A DNA stretch of 64,000 bases from Camelus dromedarius (lineage: Eukaryota), in assembly GCF_036321535.1 (NCBI RefSeq), contig NC_087436.1:44704001-44768000 (forward strand), in the 5' to 3' direction. Below are positions 51,520 through 64,000 of this stretch, one piece after another. The position numbers and the translations under genes are program-made. Positions within the stretch are counted from its first letter, which is position 1. Each line of letters opens with the position of its first letter. Under the pieces are notes generated by a model that saw nothing but the letters and a program-made list of their open reading frames with translations, did not search any database and was not told where the DNA came from.

Positions 51520-54200
51520 TTTTCTCTACTATAATTTTAAATACCTGGCTAATGGTTCATTTTGGGGCTAGATCGTAATTATTCAGACATTTAGACATGT
51601 AGACTTTTTCCTTCTTGCTTTCATCACTATCGTAAAAAAAGATACTGTCATCTTATATACGTATTTTTGCCACTTGTCAGATTCTTCCCTTAAAATCAGT
51701 CACCAGAAGCAAAGTTTACTGGGTCAGAGTGCAGACATTTAAAAAAAAAATTTTTTTATCATATTTTGAAATTGCTCTCAGCCAGATAATAATTATTCCA
51801 TTTCTACTAGCCTTATGTAAGATTCCCATTTCCATGTTGTCAATTTTCTAAATTGAGATGCAATCTATACTGTGTAAATTGCAAAATCTTAACTGTGCAG
51901 CCTCATGAATTTTTACATATGTATACACCTACGTAACCACAACCCAGATTAATATATAGAACACTGCTAACCCCCCAGAAGGATTCCTCTTGCTTCTCTC
52001 CAGTTAATACCTCCCAACTCAGAGGTAAATTCTAATCTGACTTCTAAAACTGTAAGACTAGGTATTTTTTTTTTTTTAATTTGTTTCTTCTTGAACTTGA
52101 AATAAAGGAAAACATGCAATATATGGTTTTTTGTGTATGTCTTCTTGCCCCCAGTGCAATGTTTTTGAGAATCATCCGGCTGTGTACCAGTAGTTTCTTT
52201 TTTATATACTACTCCACTATATGAACATACTTCAATTTGTTTATCTGTTTTCTTATTTTGGACCTTCAGATTATTCCCAGTTGGAGAATGTTAAGAATAA
52301 AGCTGCTGTCACAATCATGTATGTATCATTCGGTGGACCTACACGCTCATGTTTTCTTTTAATTCATCTATGAGTGAAATTGCTTTTTCATTAGGGTAGG
52401 CATATATTTAGCTTTGGTAGATACTACGGTTTTCCAAAAGGCTTAAAATAATTCATATTCTCATCAGCAAGGTTTAAGAATTCTAGCATCTCTACTGACA
52501 ATTGAGATCATCAATTTCTTTTTTTATTTTAATCATTCTGATGGGTATATATCTCATTGCGTTTTCAATTAGCATTTGTCTGATAAGTAATGGCATGAAG
52601 CATTTTTAAAAATATGTTTTTTAGCCACTTTGTAATCTTTTTGTAAATTCAAATCTTTGCCCATTTTAAATTAGGTTGCCTTTTCCTTACTGACTTGTAG
52701 GATTTTTCTCATGCAATGTGAATAAAGGACTTTATCAGATTGTGAAATACCTTTTCCTAGTTTGTGGCTTGTCTTTTATTTTTTTTTAGTAATGTCTTTA
52801 GGTGGTAGAAGTTATTAATTTTAATGAAAAGATCATATTTTATAGACAGAATATCTGAATCAATTTATACATATATTAAAGTAGAATGCAGCTCTTAGCA
52901 AGGTCTCTGGAAAATATAGAAAAATGGAAAAAAAATTCTGTATACAAAATAAAGTTTTTGAAATTGAAATTTAAAAGACAATGCCAATTAAAAAAAGTAT
53001 CAAAAATATCAAATAAGTAAAGGTAAAGAAGAATATGAATGCCTTTACAATAAACACTAAAAAATATTGGTCAAATTAAAGATGATCTAAATAATGGAGA
53101 ATTATATATAACATTTTAATTGGATTTGAACATCCACTATTGTTGATGTATTGATTTTCCAAAGTTGATTTAGATTTTTTGATTTAGATTCAATAAAACA
53201 AATATAAAAATCATAGCAGAAATTTTTGTTAGAATAGATAAACTAATTTTAATATTTGGAAATGCCAGGGATTTAGAATAGATAATCCAATCTTTAAAAC
53301 AAACTGTACAATTTCAAGAGTCATGATAGATCCATAATGATTATGTAAGTGTGATATTGGTATAAAGGTAGATAAATAAACCAAGATAATAGAACAAAGA
53401 ACCAAAATGTAAACTAGTTCATAAGCATCTACTTGACCTGTGACAAAAGTGTCATCACCATTCAAAGAGAAAACAATTTTTTTCAATATATAGCACTGAA
53501 GCAATAGGATATTCATAAGAAAACAGAAAATCTTGATCTCTACCTTACACATACAAAAATTTAATTGAAGATTAAGGCTTTTTTCTTTATGAATATCTTA
53601 TTTCTAATTTAATACATAAAATATTGTGTTGGTGATATTTCTATTTGCATTTCTTTGAATACTAATATAGTTTAATTTCTTAAATTTTCTGCTTATATTT
53701 TTTCTTTGTGATATTCATCCTCGAATTTTTTTCTTATTTTTCTATTAAAGTATTTATTAATTTCATAAAAGCACTCTAAGGGTAAGACTATCAACCCTTA
53801 TTTATTATATATGTTATTAACTCAGAGCATGGTATATTTGACTTGTAAAATTAATAGATTAATTTTATTTGGGCAAATTTATTAATGTTTTCCCTTTATG
53901 GCTAATGCATGCTTAGACATTCTTCCTCCAATGTAATAGAGAAAGTGTATTTTCTTTCCATAATTTATGGTTTCATTTTATGCACATCAGTATTAATTCA
54001 GTTCATACTAACTTTGGTATTTTGTTAGAATTATGGCTATCACTTTATTTTTAAGCAATAGTTATCCTGTTTTCTCAATATCATTTATTGAGTGGTTAAT
54101 AAAACTTGCCAATTTTTTGAGAGACCATCTTCATACACTTCTAAAATTGTATGTATATTTACATTTATTTTGGGCTTTCTAGTTTATTCTTTTGAGGTGT
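51520..54200. mobile_element. Cluster of ancient L1 fragments (minus 51520-52830, plus 52830-53575, minus 53580-54200)
   Basis: Old L1 3'UTR/ORF2 motifs with strand switches at ~52830 and ~53578. Confidence 0.75.
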
Positions 54201-54909
54201 CCATTTTACCCACGACAATACACCTACACAGAATACTATTTCTCTAGTACCGAAGAGGACAGACAGAATTGCATCTCACACTGGCTACAACTTAAAGAGC
54301 AACGTTAACAAAATCAGTAGCGGCAGCAATCCTCGTGTTGTGCCTGACCGAAGCCTCCAGCAATGATCAGAAGTATCAGATGACTAACTCACAGGAGAAA
54401 GAGAGTCCAAAATTATGCTTCTTCTAGAACAACTTTTTAGTGGCAAAGTGACCACAAGAGATAATAGTTAGCATGTTAACAATAGTTGATAAGTAGAAAG
54501 TGTTCCTTTGGGCCTTCTACAGTCTTGACTCATCCCAGAAATGTGGATAGATACTATATTTGGTTGGAACTTTGTTACACAAACACAATTGAACAAAATA
54601 ACTTATCCCTAGCTTGTGTTTTTATATCACAGACTTTATTGTGATTCACAGACAATACTGACTTGGTCACAGTGTGGATGGCTATCTTCGTGTCTCAGAA
54701 TGAACATAGGTAGCATTTTAAACACCAGTGGTCTAGAATAATGCATGGATCTTTTGCTACTGCTTCTAAGAAAGGCAGAAGGGAATAAGATAAAGGTAAT
54801 TAAAATGATAGAGATTAAATATACTTCCATGCATATAATTAGGAATTTCACCTATAGTTTTAAATAAATGGAGAGTATAAGAAGGCTAAAAACTCCCAAT
54901 TTATCCAAC

Positions 54910-55140
54910 TGGGAGTTCGAGATTTGCAGATACTAACTACTGAATATAAAATAGATACAACAAGTTTCTACTGCATAGCACAGGGAACTATATTTAATAT
55001 CATGTAGTAACTTATAATGAAAAGGAATATGGAAAGGAATATATGTATGTATACGTATGACTGAAACATCATGCTGTACACCAGAAATTGATGCAACATT
55101 GTAAACTGACTATACTTCAATTAAAAAAAAAGAAAAAAAT
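54910..55140 (+). mobile_element. Truncated L1 3' end
   Basis: GGGAGTTCGAGATTTGCAGATAC...GTAAACTGACTATACTTCAATT followed by an A tail. Confidence 0.88.
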
Positions 55141-56725
55141 GATAAAAACTAACAGGTAATAAAGTCCTGAATGGCAGGAAAAGAAAGAACTCCTTCAGTC
55201 TTGAAAGGGTTTGTGGTGATGCTAACAGAAGTCTATTATATATTGGGTGGTAAATATACAAAGTTCTGTATTTCATTATATGATTACAGGTGCTAAATAC
55301 ACATGGGTTCGGTGACTTTAAAAATTTTAAAGTTAGGTGTACAGAACAGATTCAGAAGTGGAATATGGAAATGCTTTTCTAAGCCCTTTGAAATCAACAG
55401 TTGGGAGGAGAAGATCTTTGCTTCCCTCCAAGCAGTCCCCAGTACGATCAGCAAGAGAGAGGGCACTGAGATGAGAGGCATCTTTAGCCTGACAATCTAA
55501 GTACATCCCTGCATTGTCCCATTTGTTTTTATAAATTATCGCTTTTCATGGAAAAAGAGAGCAGATGCTGCCCTATTTAAATCCCACTTTAAACTGCAGA
55601 ATTAGGTTTATATTCCCTATAGAAGAATAACAGAAAAATACTCCAAGTTAGCTGTCCATGAAATGTCTGTAAATTGTTGAAAAAGAGCAACCCTCTGGCT
55701 CTATGTACAATCATTTTTATTGTACACACGCTTACAGTTATTTAGTTCATTCACCCATTCATTTATCTATTCAACACTCATGATGGAGTTGTCAGCAAGA
55801 CTTTGGAGCTACCAAATGCCTTTAGATTTGGAACTACCCTGGAAGAGTCTGCAGTCTAGTGTCTAGTGATCATCAAATGTGAAACAATTCGGTAACTATG
55901 ATAGCAGACTGACCAGGCACAGGAAAGGGAATAGTCAACACTACCTAGGAAGGGAATAAGTACAAATGGTCTTGTAACCAAAAAGGCCAGGGCTTGTAAC
56001 CTAGTAGTGTCACCAAACAGCTGTGTGACTGAGGGCACGATGAGCTCACTCCTCTGTAAGGTGTATCGTTACTGAGAACTACCTCAGCGGATTGTGTGCA
56101 AAACATGAAGTCGTTAGCAAAATCTCCCTTACATGGTATGAGTGAAAGCTCTTTTCATCACTGGAGGCTGCCCTCAATGTCCATTCGTTCAACTTTTACA
56201 GTAATTTGACTTTTTTGTTTATTTTACTCTGGCAACCTCAAGTTGCCTTTTAAGTATCCAAGTGAACCAGTCATACCAAGGCTATCAGTGACTCAGGAGG
56301 CTAAACATTCCATTTATGTAGTCTTATAATCTTTGTGTGTTCAGTGGCGTTTGATACATGTTTGACTCTTTATTTGTAAATTACCTTTGCTTTCTTATAG
56401 AAATGTTTAAACATGGGAAGAAATGAAGATACCAGGAAAGCACTAGTCGTAAGAAGCTTAGTTCTCATAAAATTTTTGTGATTTAGGCAAATTTGGGAAT
56501 CATTAGAAGTGACAAAGAAGTTGATCTTTAATCTGGGATTGAAACCTTCTCTACAGTTTGCTGTCTTACAAATAGTTTAGCAATGTATCATAGACAGTAG
56601 GAAACTACCTGTCATTTCAGGAAGAGTTAAAGACGATTCTATGACTTAATCTTGAGTATGGCCATGTCATTAAAAAAAAAAAAAAAAAAAGGACGCTGTA
56701 TCCAGACAGAGGCAATGTGGGCAAA

Positions 56726-57613
56726 TTTTTTTTAACATTTTTTTATTGAGTTATAGTTATTTTACAATGTTCTGTCAAATTCCAGTGTAGAGCACAATTT
56801 TTCAGTTATACATGAACATACATATATTCATTGGCACATTTTTTTTTCGCTGTGAGCTACCACAAGATCTTGTATATCCCTGTGCTATGCGGTACAATCG
56901 TGTTTATCTATTCTGCATATTCCTGTCAGTATCTACAAATTTTGAAATCCCAGTCTGCCCCTTCCCACCCCCCGCCCCCTTGGCAACCACAATGTCTATG
57001 AGTCTGTTTCTGTTTTGTATTTTTGTTCTTTTTTTTTTTTTTTAAGATTCCATATATGAGTGATCTCATATGGTATTTTTCTTTCTCTTTTTGGCTTACT
57101 TCACTTAGAATGACATTCTCCAGGGACACCCATGTTGCTGCAAATGGTGTTATGTTGTCATTTTTATAGCTGCATAGTATTCCATTGTATAAACACACCA
57201 CATCTTCTTTATCCAGTCATCTGTTGATGGACATTTAGGCTGTTTCCATGTCTTGGCTATTGTAAATAGTGCTGCTATGAACATTGGGGTACAGGTGTCT
57301 TTTTGAAGTAGGGTTCCTTCTGGATATATGCCCAGGAGCAGGATTCCTGGATCATTTGGTAAATCTATTCCTACTGTTTTCCACAGTGGCTGCACCAAAC
57401 TGCATTCCCACCAGCAGTGTAGGAAGGTTCCCTTTTCTCCACAGCCTCTCCAGCATTTGTCATTTGTGAACTTTTGAATGATGGCCATTCTGACCGGTAT
57501 GAGGTGATACCTCATGGTAGTTTTGATTTGCATTTCTCTGATAGTTAGTGATATTGAGCATTTTTTCATGTATCTATTGATCATTTGTATTTCCTCCTTG
57601 GAGAATTGCTTGT
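56726..57613 (-). mobile_element. 5'-truncated young L1 (ORF2 C-terminus and 3'UTR)
   Basis: Minus-strand translation [18 protein letters not shown]; same 3' end as the other young copies. No TSD seen. Confidence 0.95.
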
Positions 57614-58699
57614 CAGGAGAGAAGTGAGAAGTTCAGTGTAATTAGAACATGGGAGCCATGGATGGAAGCCAAGAACATTAGTTTAGAGAGGGAATGGACA
57701 AAGTTCATGAAAGCACTTGGTGTCAAACTAAGAAGTCAGAATATAATTTGGGTGCATTTTAAAAATGATAAAATGGGAACATTTCATGGCTAGGATTTTG
57801 CAAGGAGACTTTGTGTCCATATTAGAAGATATGAAGAGGGGGTAGGAAGACTCAGAAAGAAAGGGGGAAAGCAATAGTGAAAAAGCCATACTTGGGAGAG
57901 TAATTTTGGAATGGTAATTTTAGAAGGGACTCTATAATCTGATCCAGGAAGACTTGATCTGTTTGGGCTCATTATTATGTATCCAAAGGCTAGCATGGTA
58001 CCTGATTCATAATAGATACTTAGTAATCATAGTGTGAATATAGAAAAGAGTTTAGAAACAAGTTGCTGGAGCTTATTTTTGGAACTAAAGCCAAGAGATA
58101 TCATTTTATTACTTTTGCTGTGAACTGAATTCCTTGATTGTGTTACTAGGGTATCCTCCCCCAAAATTTAGTAAGAAGATGCTTTGGATACACATTACCA
58201 TAACTGTTTTAAATATATTAAGGCCCTTGTCTTAAAGCTAAAGGAAATTAAAGTTCTCCATTCCTGAATTATGAGTTTAAAAAATATGTATTTTTAAAAT
58301 GTTTAAAATAGATTTCCACACTTCTTTAGGAGTATAATTCTTTATATTCAACTATTAAATATTTTTTTAAAGAATATTTATCAAGATCCATAAAGGGCAT
58401 AGAAGTTCACAAAACTAATACTTGGAAACTTCCACGCATTGTTCCAGAACAATTCTCACATGTCTTGTGATTTGGGACAAGTGATTTATCTTCCCTGAGT
58501 TTCACTTCTCTCTTTCCTTTGTCAGAAGAGACTAGCTTTATTAATTAGTTAATATTGGCAAAATTAATAGCATGTGAAAACAGAAATTATTATTGTATTG
58601 TTTCTCTCTACCTAGTTTCACATTTCCAGAATAAAATTTGGTCTGATTAATTTTGATAATTGTGAAATTAAACTTCAGTTTTTAGCTGTCATTATTTTT

Positions 58700-58880
58700 A
58701 GTTCCCATTATGGGCCGAGCACTATGCTAGAGCTGCAAAGCATTATTTTATCTCCCAGAACACCAGGTAAGCAGTGCCCCTGTTGTCTAGAATAGAACAA
58801 TGAGGTGTAGAGAGACTAGTAATGTGCCCGAGGTTACACACCCTTAAATAAATTTGAAACCTGTGCTCAATACCAATATA
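58700..58880 (-). mobile_element. MIR SINE
   Basis: GCACTATGCTAG...TGCCCGAGGTTACAC...ATTTGAAACC. Confidence 0.65.
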
Positions 58881-60214
58881 TTAAAATAGCTACTGTTCAT
58901 ATTTGATATTCTTTTTCAGTCATAAACATAATGGATCTGCTGCCTCTCACAATCTCTGGAGATTCAGACTCAGTTAATCAATGTAGTTTATTCCTTATAA
59001 TCACATATCATGTAGGTAACATCCAATAGCCCATTGTTTCTTCACTAAATTTGTTAACTGTCTGCATATATCACCTGCAAAACTTGTTAAGTAAAATAAG
59101 TACAACAAAGTAAAGTAGTGTTGTTTAGTAAAATAAGTCCAGTATCTTTTTAGGTTTTATTATTTCCAAAGAATATAATTTCACTATTACCAATACCATC
59201 TCCACTAATAGTTCATTGCTCTCGGCCCATAACTGATATATTTGTTGATTATTACATGAATCAACATATATAAATATTATACATTTGATATTGTAATACT
59301 TTCTATTTGAAAAAGTCTGAAATAGTCCCTGATCCAGGAGATTTAAGAACTAAAAGATTGAAATGCCCGCCACCTGTGTCTGAGCATGTGCCAACCACAG
59401 CTTTCTGTTTTCATCTTTTGTATCTCTTATCAGAAGACTTTACCTGGCATTACCATTATTAAATACCAAGGTACCTTCTTCTATTTTGGGGACCTTATAC
59501 ACAATTCTTCTTCCTCAGGTTTAATTTCCCCTTAGTCTTCTTTGTAAAGTCTATTTCACCTACCAGCTTTGGCATTCTTCTTAAGAAAATGTTATCTTTT
59601 TATTTTTATTATGCTTAATAGGTCATATTCTCCATCATTTAGAAACATTTCCAGTTAATCTTTTTAATTTGCCATTTACTTTGTAGTTACTTATAGACAA
59701 TTAAGTCCAGTATGTTAATATTACTTATCACTTATCTCATATTTCATCTCCGCTTGTAGAACTCCCTCTTCTCTCCATTGTGCATGTTGAGATTATTTGG
59801 GCTAAGCAAAAGATCCTCCTTTAATACCCAATTTAAAGCCAACTTAATGAGCCCTGCCAGTTCTGAACAATACAGGGAGTTTGGTATCCCATCTGGTTAA
59901 GTGGAGACTACAATAACTTCCATGATGAGGACATCTGTTTAGACAAATCAGAGCTCCATAAATCCAAAACTCGCCTTCCTGTACCACTAGTACACACATC
60001 ATTTGTGCTTTTTCCTTATCCTCTTCATCCATGATAGCAGGGTCTTCAAGAGAACTCTCTTTCTTCAATTCCCTTAAGTAAACTTTTTGATGGATATAAA
60101 ATAAAGTATAACAAAGTTGAAATTGTGTAATAAGTCTAGTTTTGCTTTTTTTTGCCCCACTATGCTTATTTTTGTCAAGTACATTTAGATGTGATAAACA
60201 TACAGACTTGATCA

Positions 60215-60480
60215 TCATAGCAATAATAATCATCAGCATTTATACAGTGTTCACTGTACAAAAGGCACTTAACTGGGCAATCTGTGTGCAGTATTTCCTT
60301 TAATCCTCATTTTAACCTTAGGAGGAAAGTAAATGAGTGTTTTGATTGTCTCTGCAACATCCATTCCATTCCTTGTCAATTGTGTTACAAACCAGGACAC
60401 AGTTGATAAATACATACTGACAAAAAAAAAAAAAAAATTCCACAAAACAAAAATCCCTGCCCTCATGAAGTTTACATTCT
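60215..60480 (-). mobile_element. MIR fragment followed by an L2 tail
   Basis: AGCATTTATACAGTG...TTTAATCCTCA; ATCCCTGCCCTCATGAAGTTTACATTCT. Confidence 0.65.
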
Positions 60481-61559
60481 CTCCTTCCCCTGAAGCCTGA
60501 CTTACCTGTGGAAGCCTGACCTATTCTGATATACGAGCCAAGAAATTTCCTCGTGTTCCCTAGTTATATGTTACTGGCACAATTTTACAGTGAAAACAAA
60601 ATACAGGTTGTGCTTTACCTATCTAGATATAGGAAAACAAACCTTTAGGTATGAATACTTAGCCAAAACAAAAACAACACAAAAACATACCTTTCTTTTT
60701 ATGACAATTCAACTCAGCAACTACTTTTAAGACCTTACACATGCCAGAGGTGATAATCAATAAAAATACAAATAGAGTGAGAAACATGCCCACATTTTCA
60801 AGCAAAACAGAAGAGACTGGAAAGTAATAAAGGCCTCAAAGGAAGTAAAAGTAAATAAAAATATTTAGCTCATGAACCTTATGTAATGAATATTACTCAT
60901 TAGAAAAAGCCTTAATCTCTCTCTTTCTCTCTCTCTCTCTGACTTTACCTGTATGTTACACACCATTTTAACGTCTAGAAAGGTGTAATATCTTGTATAG
61001 AAGAAATTAGAAATTGCTGATTATAGTAAAAAGTGAACAGGTGATTCTTTATAGCCACAGAAGAGAGGCAGTCTTTTAAAAAAAGAACTACAAAGTTTTA
61101 AAAAGTTAAATGGAGATATATAGCAGAGAGGCCAACAAATTAATAATAAACCCGAAGGAAACCACTATACTGTAACACATTGAATGATTAGTGAATATAG
61201 TAATTTCAAGTCATGAAGTAGAGTGAAATCATGACCAGTGCACTGCATTTGAGAATCAGGATATTATACAGGACATTTTACGTACATTTCCATTCAAATG
61301 AATCCTGTCTTTTAAAGGATTCAGCTAAAAGGTATTAATCATCAGTTTTCTAGTAAACTTAGCCATGCTAACTGTAAGATTAGCTTATCTTTGAAACTTA
61401 AATGATCTTAATAATTGCCAGCGTTCCCCAGAGGCATCATGAAACTTTGGAATCTTCACTCCGCTTCTCCTCCCCACTGATTTGCAGGTATTTCCTAGGA
61501 GAGCTCCAAGAGCAACGTGTGTCTTAAAACTTTTACATCAATTGATGCTTTTTACAAAT

Positions 61560-63100
61560 TAAAAACAATTCTTTACTTTTGTCCACATATATGTTCTTCC
61601 TCATAATTTTATCCCTTTTACTGACAAGTTTCTAGAAGAGTTAGCTCTACTCTCTCCAATTTTTAACCTACATCTCCATTCTGAGTCTATTTCACTCTGG
61701 CTTCAAACCATCTTTTAAAAACTATAAGCGGCCTCCACATTTTTCAATCCTCATCACATTTCAACTTTCAGCAGTATTCTACATGGTTGACCATGTCCTT
61801 CTTAAAATAGGTTTTTTCCTTAGCTTTTGAGATATAAACCTCCCCTGCTTTCTACCTACCTCTCTGGATTCTCCTCCTTGCCAGACTCATCCTCCTCTGT
61901 TTGTCTATTGCATGTCTGTAGGCTGCTTTGAGCCTAGGATCTAACCCATCTCTACCTCTCATCCTATACTATTCTCCCAAATGGTCTCATTCAACTATAT
62001 AGAAATGATTTTTGAAATTTAACTCCAGGTCAGTCTCCTCCTCTGAGCTTTTGATTTATAGGTTGTTCTGATCAATTAACATCTTTTCTTGACTACCTCA
62101 AAAGCATCACAAATTCAATACAACCAAAACTATACTCATGATCTTTCCATTGCCTCGTTTCTCTAACCAAAGAACGACCTAATCATCTGTCCAGTTATAC
62201 CAGCCAAAAAACTAAGATTATTTTCTGATATCTCACTCTCCTTCAATTCAATACAATTTGTCAATTTTACCTACTAAATATTTTTCGTCTCTTTCCATGT
62301 CCTTGGTCCCCCCACCACCACCTTACGCCAAGCTTTCATCATCTCATCTCACCTCTGTTGCTTTATCCTACTAATCTGTTTACTTCTACTAATTTGTCTT
62401 CCTCCATCTATTCTGGCGCCCTCCCCACCCATTCTCCATAAAGTAACCAAAGCAATCTCTTCTAGAAGTAAGTCAATTTATATCATCCTCTTGCTTAAAA
62501 TTCTCCAATATTTTCCCGTTGCTCATATGTAGTCACAGCTCAGCATGATCTATAAGGACTCACATGGTCTGAATTGTTAGCCTTTCCCTGTCTTATCCGG
62601 AACCATTATTACCTCTCTTCCTCTTGCTCCAGTCATACTGGCTTTTGGCTCATGTATATTCACCAGCGTTTGTTCTGTCACAGTGCTTTTGTTTATGCTG
62701 TTCCCTCAGACTGGCACATTTCCATCCCTCTTTACCTACCTAATTCCTATTTAAATTTCGGATCTGAATTCATGTCACTTTCTTAAGAAAAAGCTTATTT
62801 GACTTCTCTGAAAAGATCAAATCCCCATACAGTATAATATCACTCTTCTTCTTCTTCTCCTCCTCCTCCTCCTCCTTCTCCTCCTCCTTCTCCTCCTTCT
62901 TTTTTTTAAGTATTTGTCCTGGTTGCAATTTTACATGGTAATGTGAGTGTTTGATTGTCTGTCTTCCACAAGCATGTAGACTGACTCAGGACAGAAACTG
63001 TAACGGTTTTGCCTCACTATTTAATCCAAAGGCCCAACACAGAGCCCAGAGTAGAGAGTGTCCATTCAATAATAAACAGTAAATGAATAAGTGAATGATT
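61560..63100 (+). mobile_element. Long LINE-2 fragment
   Basis: About 1.5 kb of pyrimidine-rich L2 sequence (ATGCTGTTCCCTCAGACTGG) ending in a TGAATAAGTGAATGA-type tail. Confidence 0.85.
62843..62907. repeat. (TTC/TCC)n pyrimidine triplet repeat
   Basis: Directly visible. Confidence 0.95.
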
Positions 63101-63494
63101 TACTCCAATCTCTTGCTTAATCTGAATAAATAAATGCTTTCTTTTGGATTCCCACTAGCCCCCAGTTTTCAATAGCCTCTTCCATTTCAGATATTTTAAG
63201 CTGTAGTGTACCTTAAATCATTCTTAAGGAGTAACATCTTGAGAAGAAACGAATTCCCTCCACTTTTGTTGTAATATGTCTGCACCGGCTTTTAGCCTCT
63301 TAGTCACTGAAGAACAAAACTTGGGGTTTTCAGGGGAAACTAAATAATCACATTCTGTGTATTTTTCATTTATAGTAATCATTTTTATAATGAATTAACT
63401 CATTTAAAGTTATAACACTACATTTGGAGGTGAATTTCAATCATCTAAAAGATTCATTCTCCAGTGATATCAGTCAAATGAGATTATTACTATG

Positions 63495-63900
63495 TTGTAT
63501 ATTTGTTTAAACAAATATTTATTGGGCAGTGTTTTATAAATGCTTTAATTCATTACCCTCTGACAGTACACAAATTCTCTATCAAATTTGTTATTTTATT
63601 TATTAAAATATTGGCAAATATATTCTAAATATAAACTTATATTCTATATTCACTGTCTTTATGCCCCTCCTTCAACCCCAGTTCTTTGAGAATCATTGAT
63701 CATCTATGAAAAAAATCTCCTCTGTTTTATGGAGCTTATCAAACTCTATTTGATTAAGCAGTGAGACATTAAGTGGACCATCAAGAATGGACAGGACTTC
63801 AAAGGGTAGAAAGGTGCAGATAAACATTCTTCATGCTGAAACCAAGGCTCAAAGAAATAAAGTACTGGCTATGTTTATAAAAGAAATGGTTTGGCTAGAA
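63495..63900 (-). mobile_element. LINE-2 fragments
   Basis: AACAAATATTTATTG...ATGGAGCTTA...GTTTGGCTAGAATG. Confidence 0.5.
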
Positions 63901-64000
63901 TGCAAGATACAGAAAGAAGAACTTTATTATTTAAATAATTTCTCACTATATTAGCTAAGTTGGGTTTTTTTCATCTTTGTTTTTCTTGATTTTTTTAATG

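Noticed and set aside
60506..60559. Possible 54-nt minus-strand exon with CAG|GTAAGT donor
   Set aside because: The acceptor is weak, the peptide is unrecognised and there is no supporting context.
1..64000. CRISPR array, operon, or prokaryotic retron/defence system
   Set aside because: The sequence is mammalian, has no regularly spaced repeats, and its only reverse transcriptase is L1 ORF2p.

Overview
This is AT-rich mammalian nuclear DNA, most likely from a camelid, judging by a Vic-1-type tRNA-Ala SINE at 44744-44861. It is dominated by transposable elements, and I recognise no host protein-coding gene, RNA gene or prokaryotic system. The main contents are: (1) a ~7.1 kb full-length young LINE-1 (21181-28265) whose ORFs are broken only by three single-base indels, nested in an older L1, each with its own target-site duplication (TSD); (2) two young 5'-inverted (twin-primed) L1 insertions, one with an apparent short 3' transduction, plus a possible ancient third; (3) a CpG-rich 566-bp solo LTR I cannot assign to a family (42852-43417), with a K/R-rich 92-codon ORF in U3; (4) many old L1M, L2, MIR and MaLR/ERVL fragments and microsatellites; (5) a speculative chain of phase-compatible minus-strand micro-exons (10.6-19.4 kb); (6) a repeat-poor, enhancer-like block (~46-50 kb) and a consensus CTCF motif. 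All family names and old-repeat boundaries come from by-eye recognition, not database searches.
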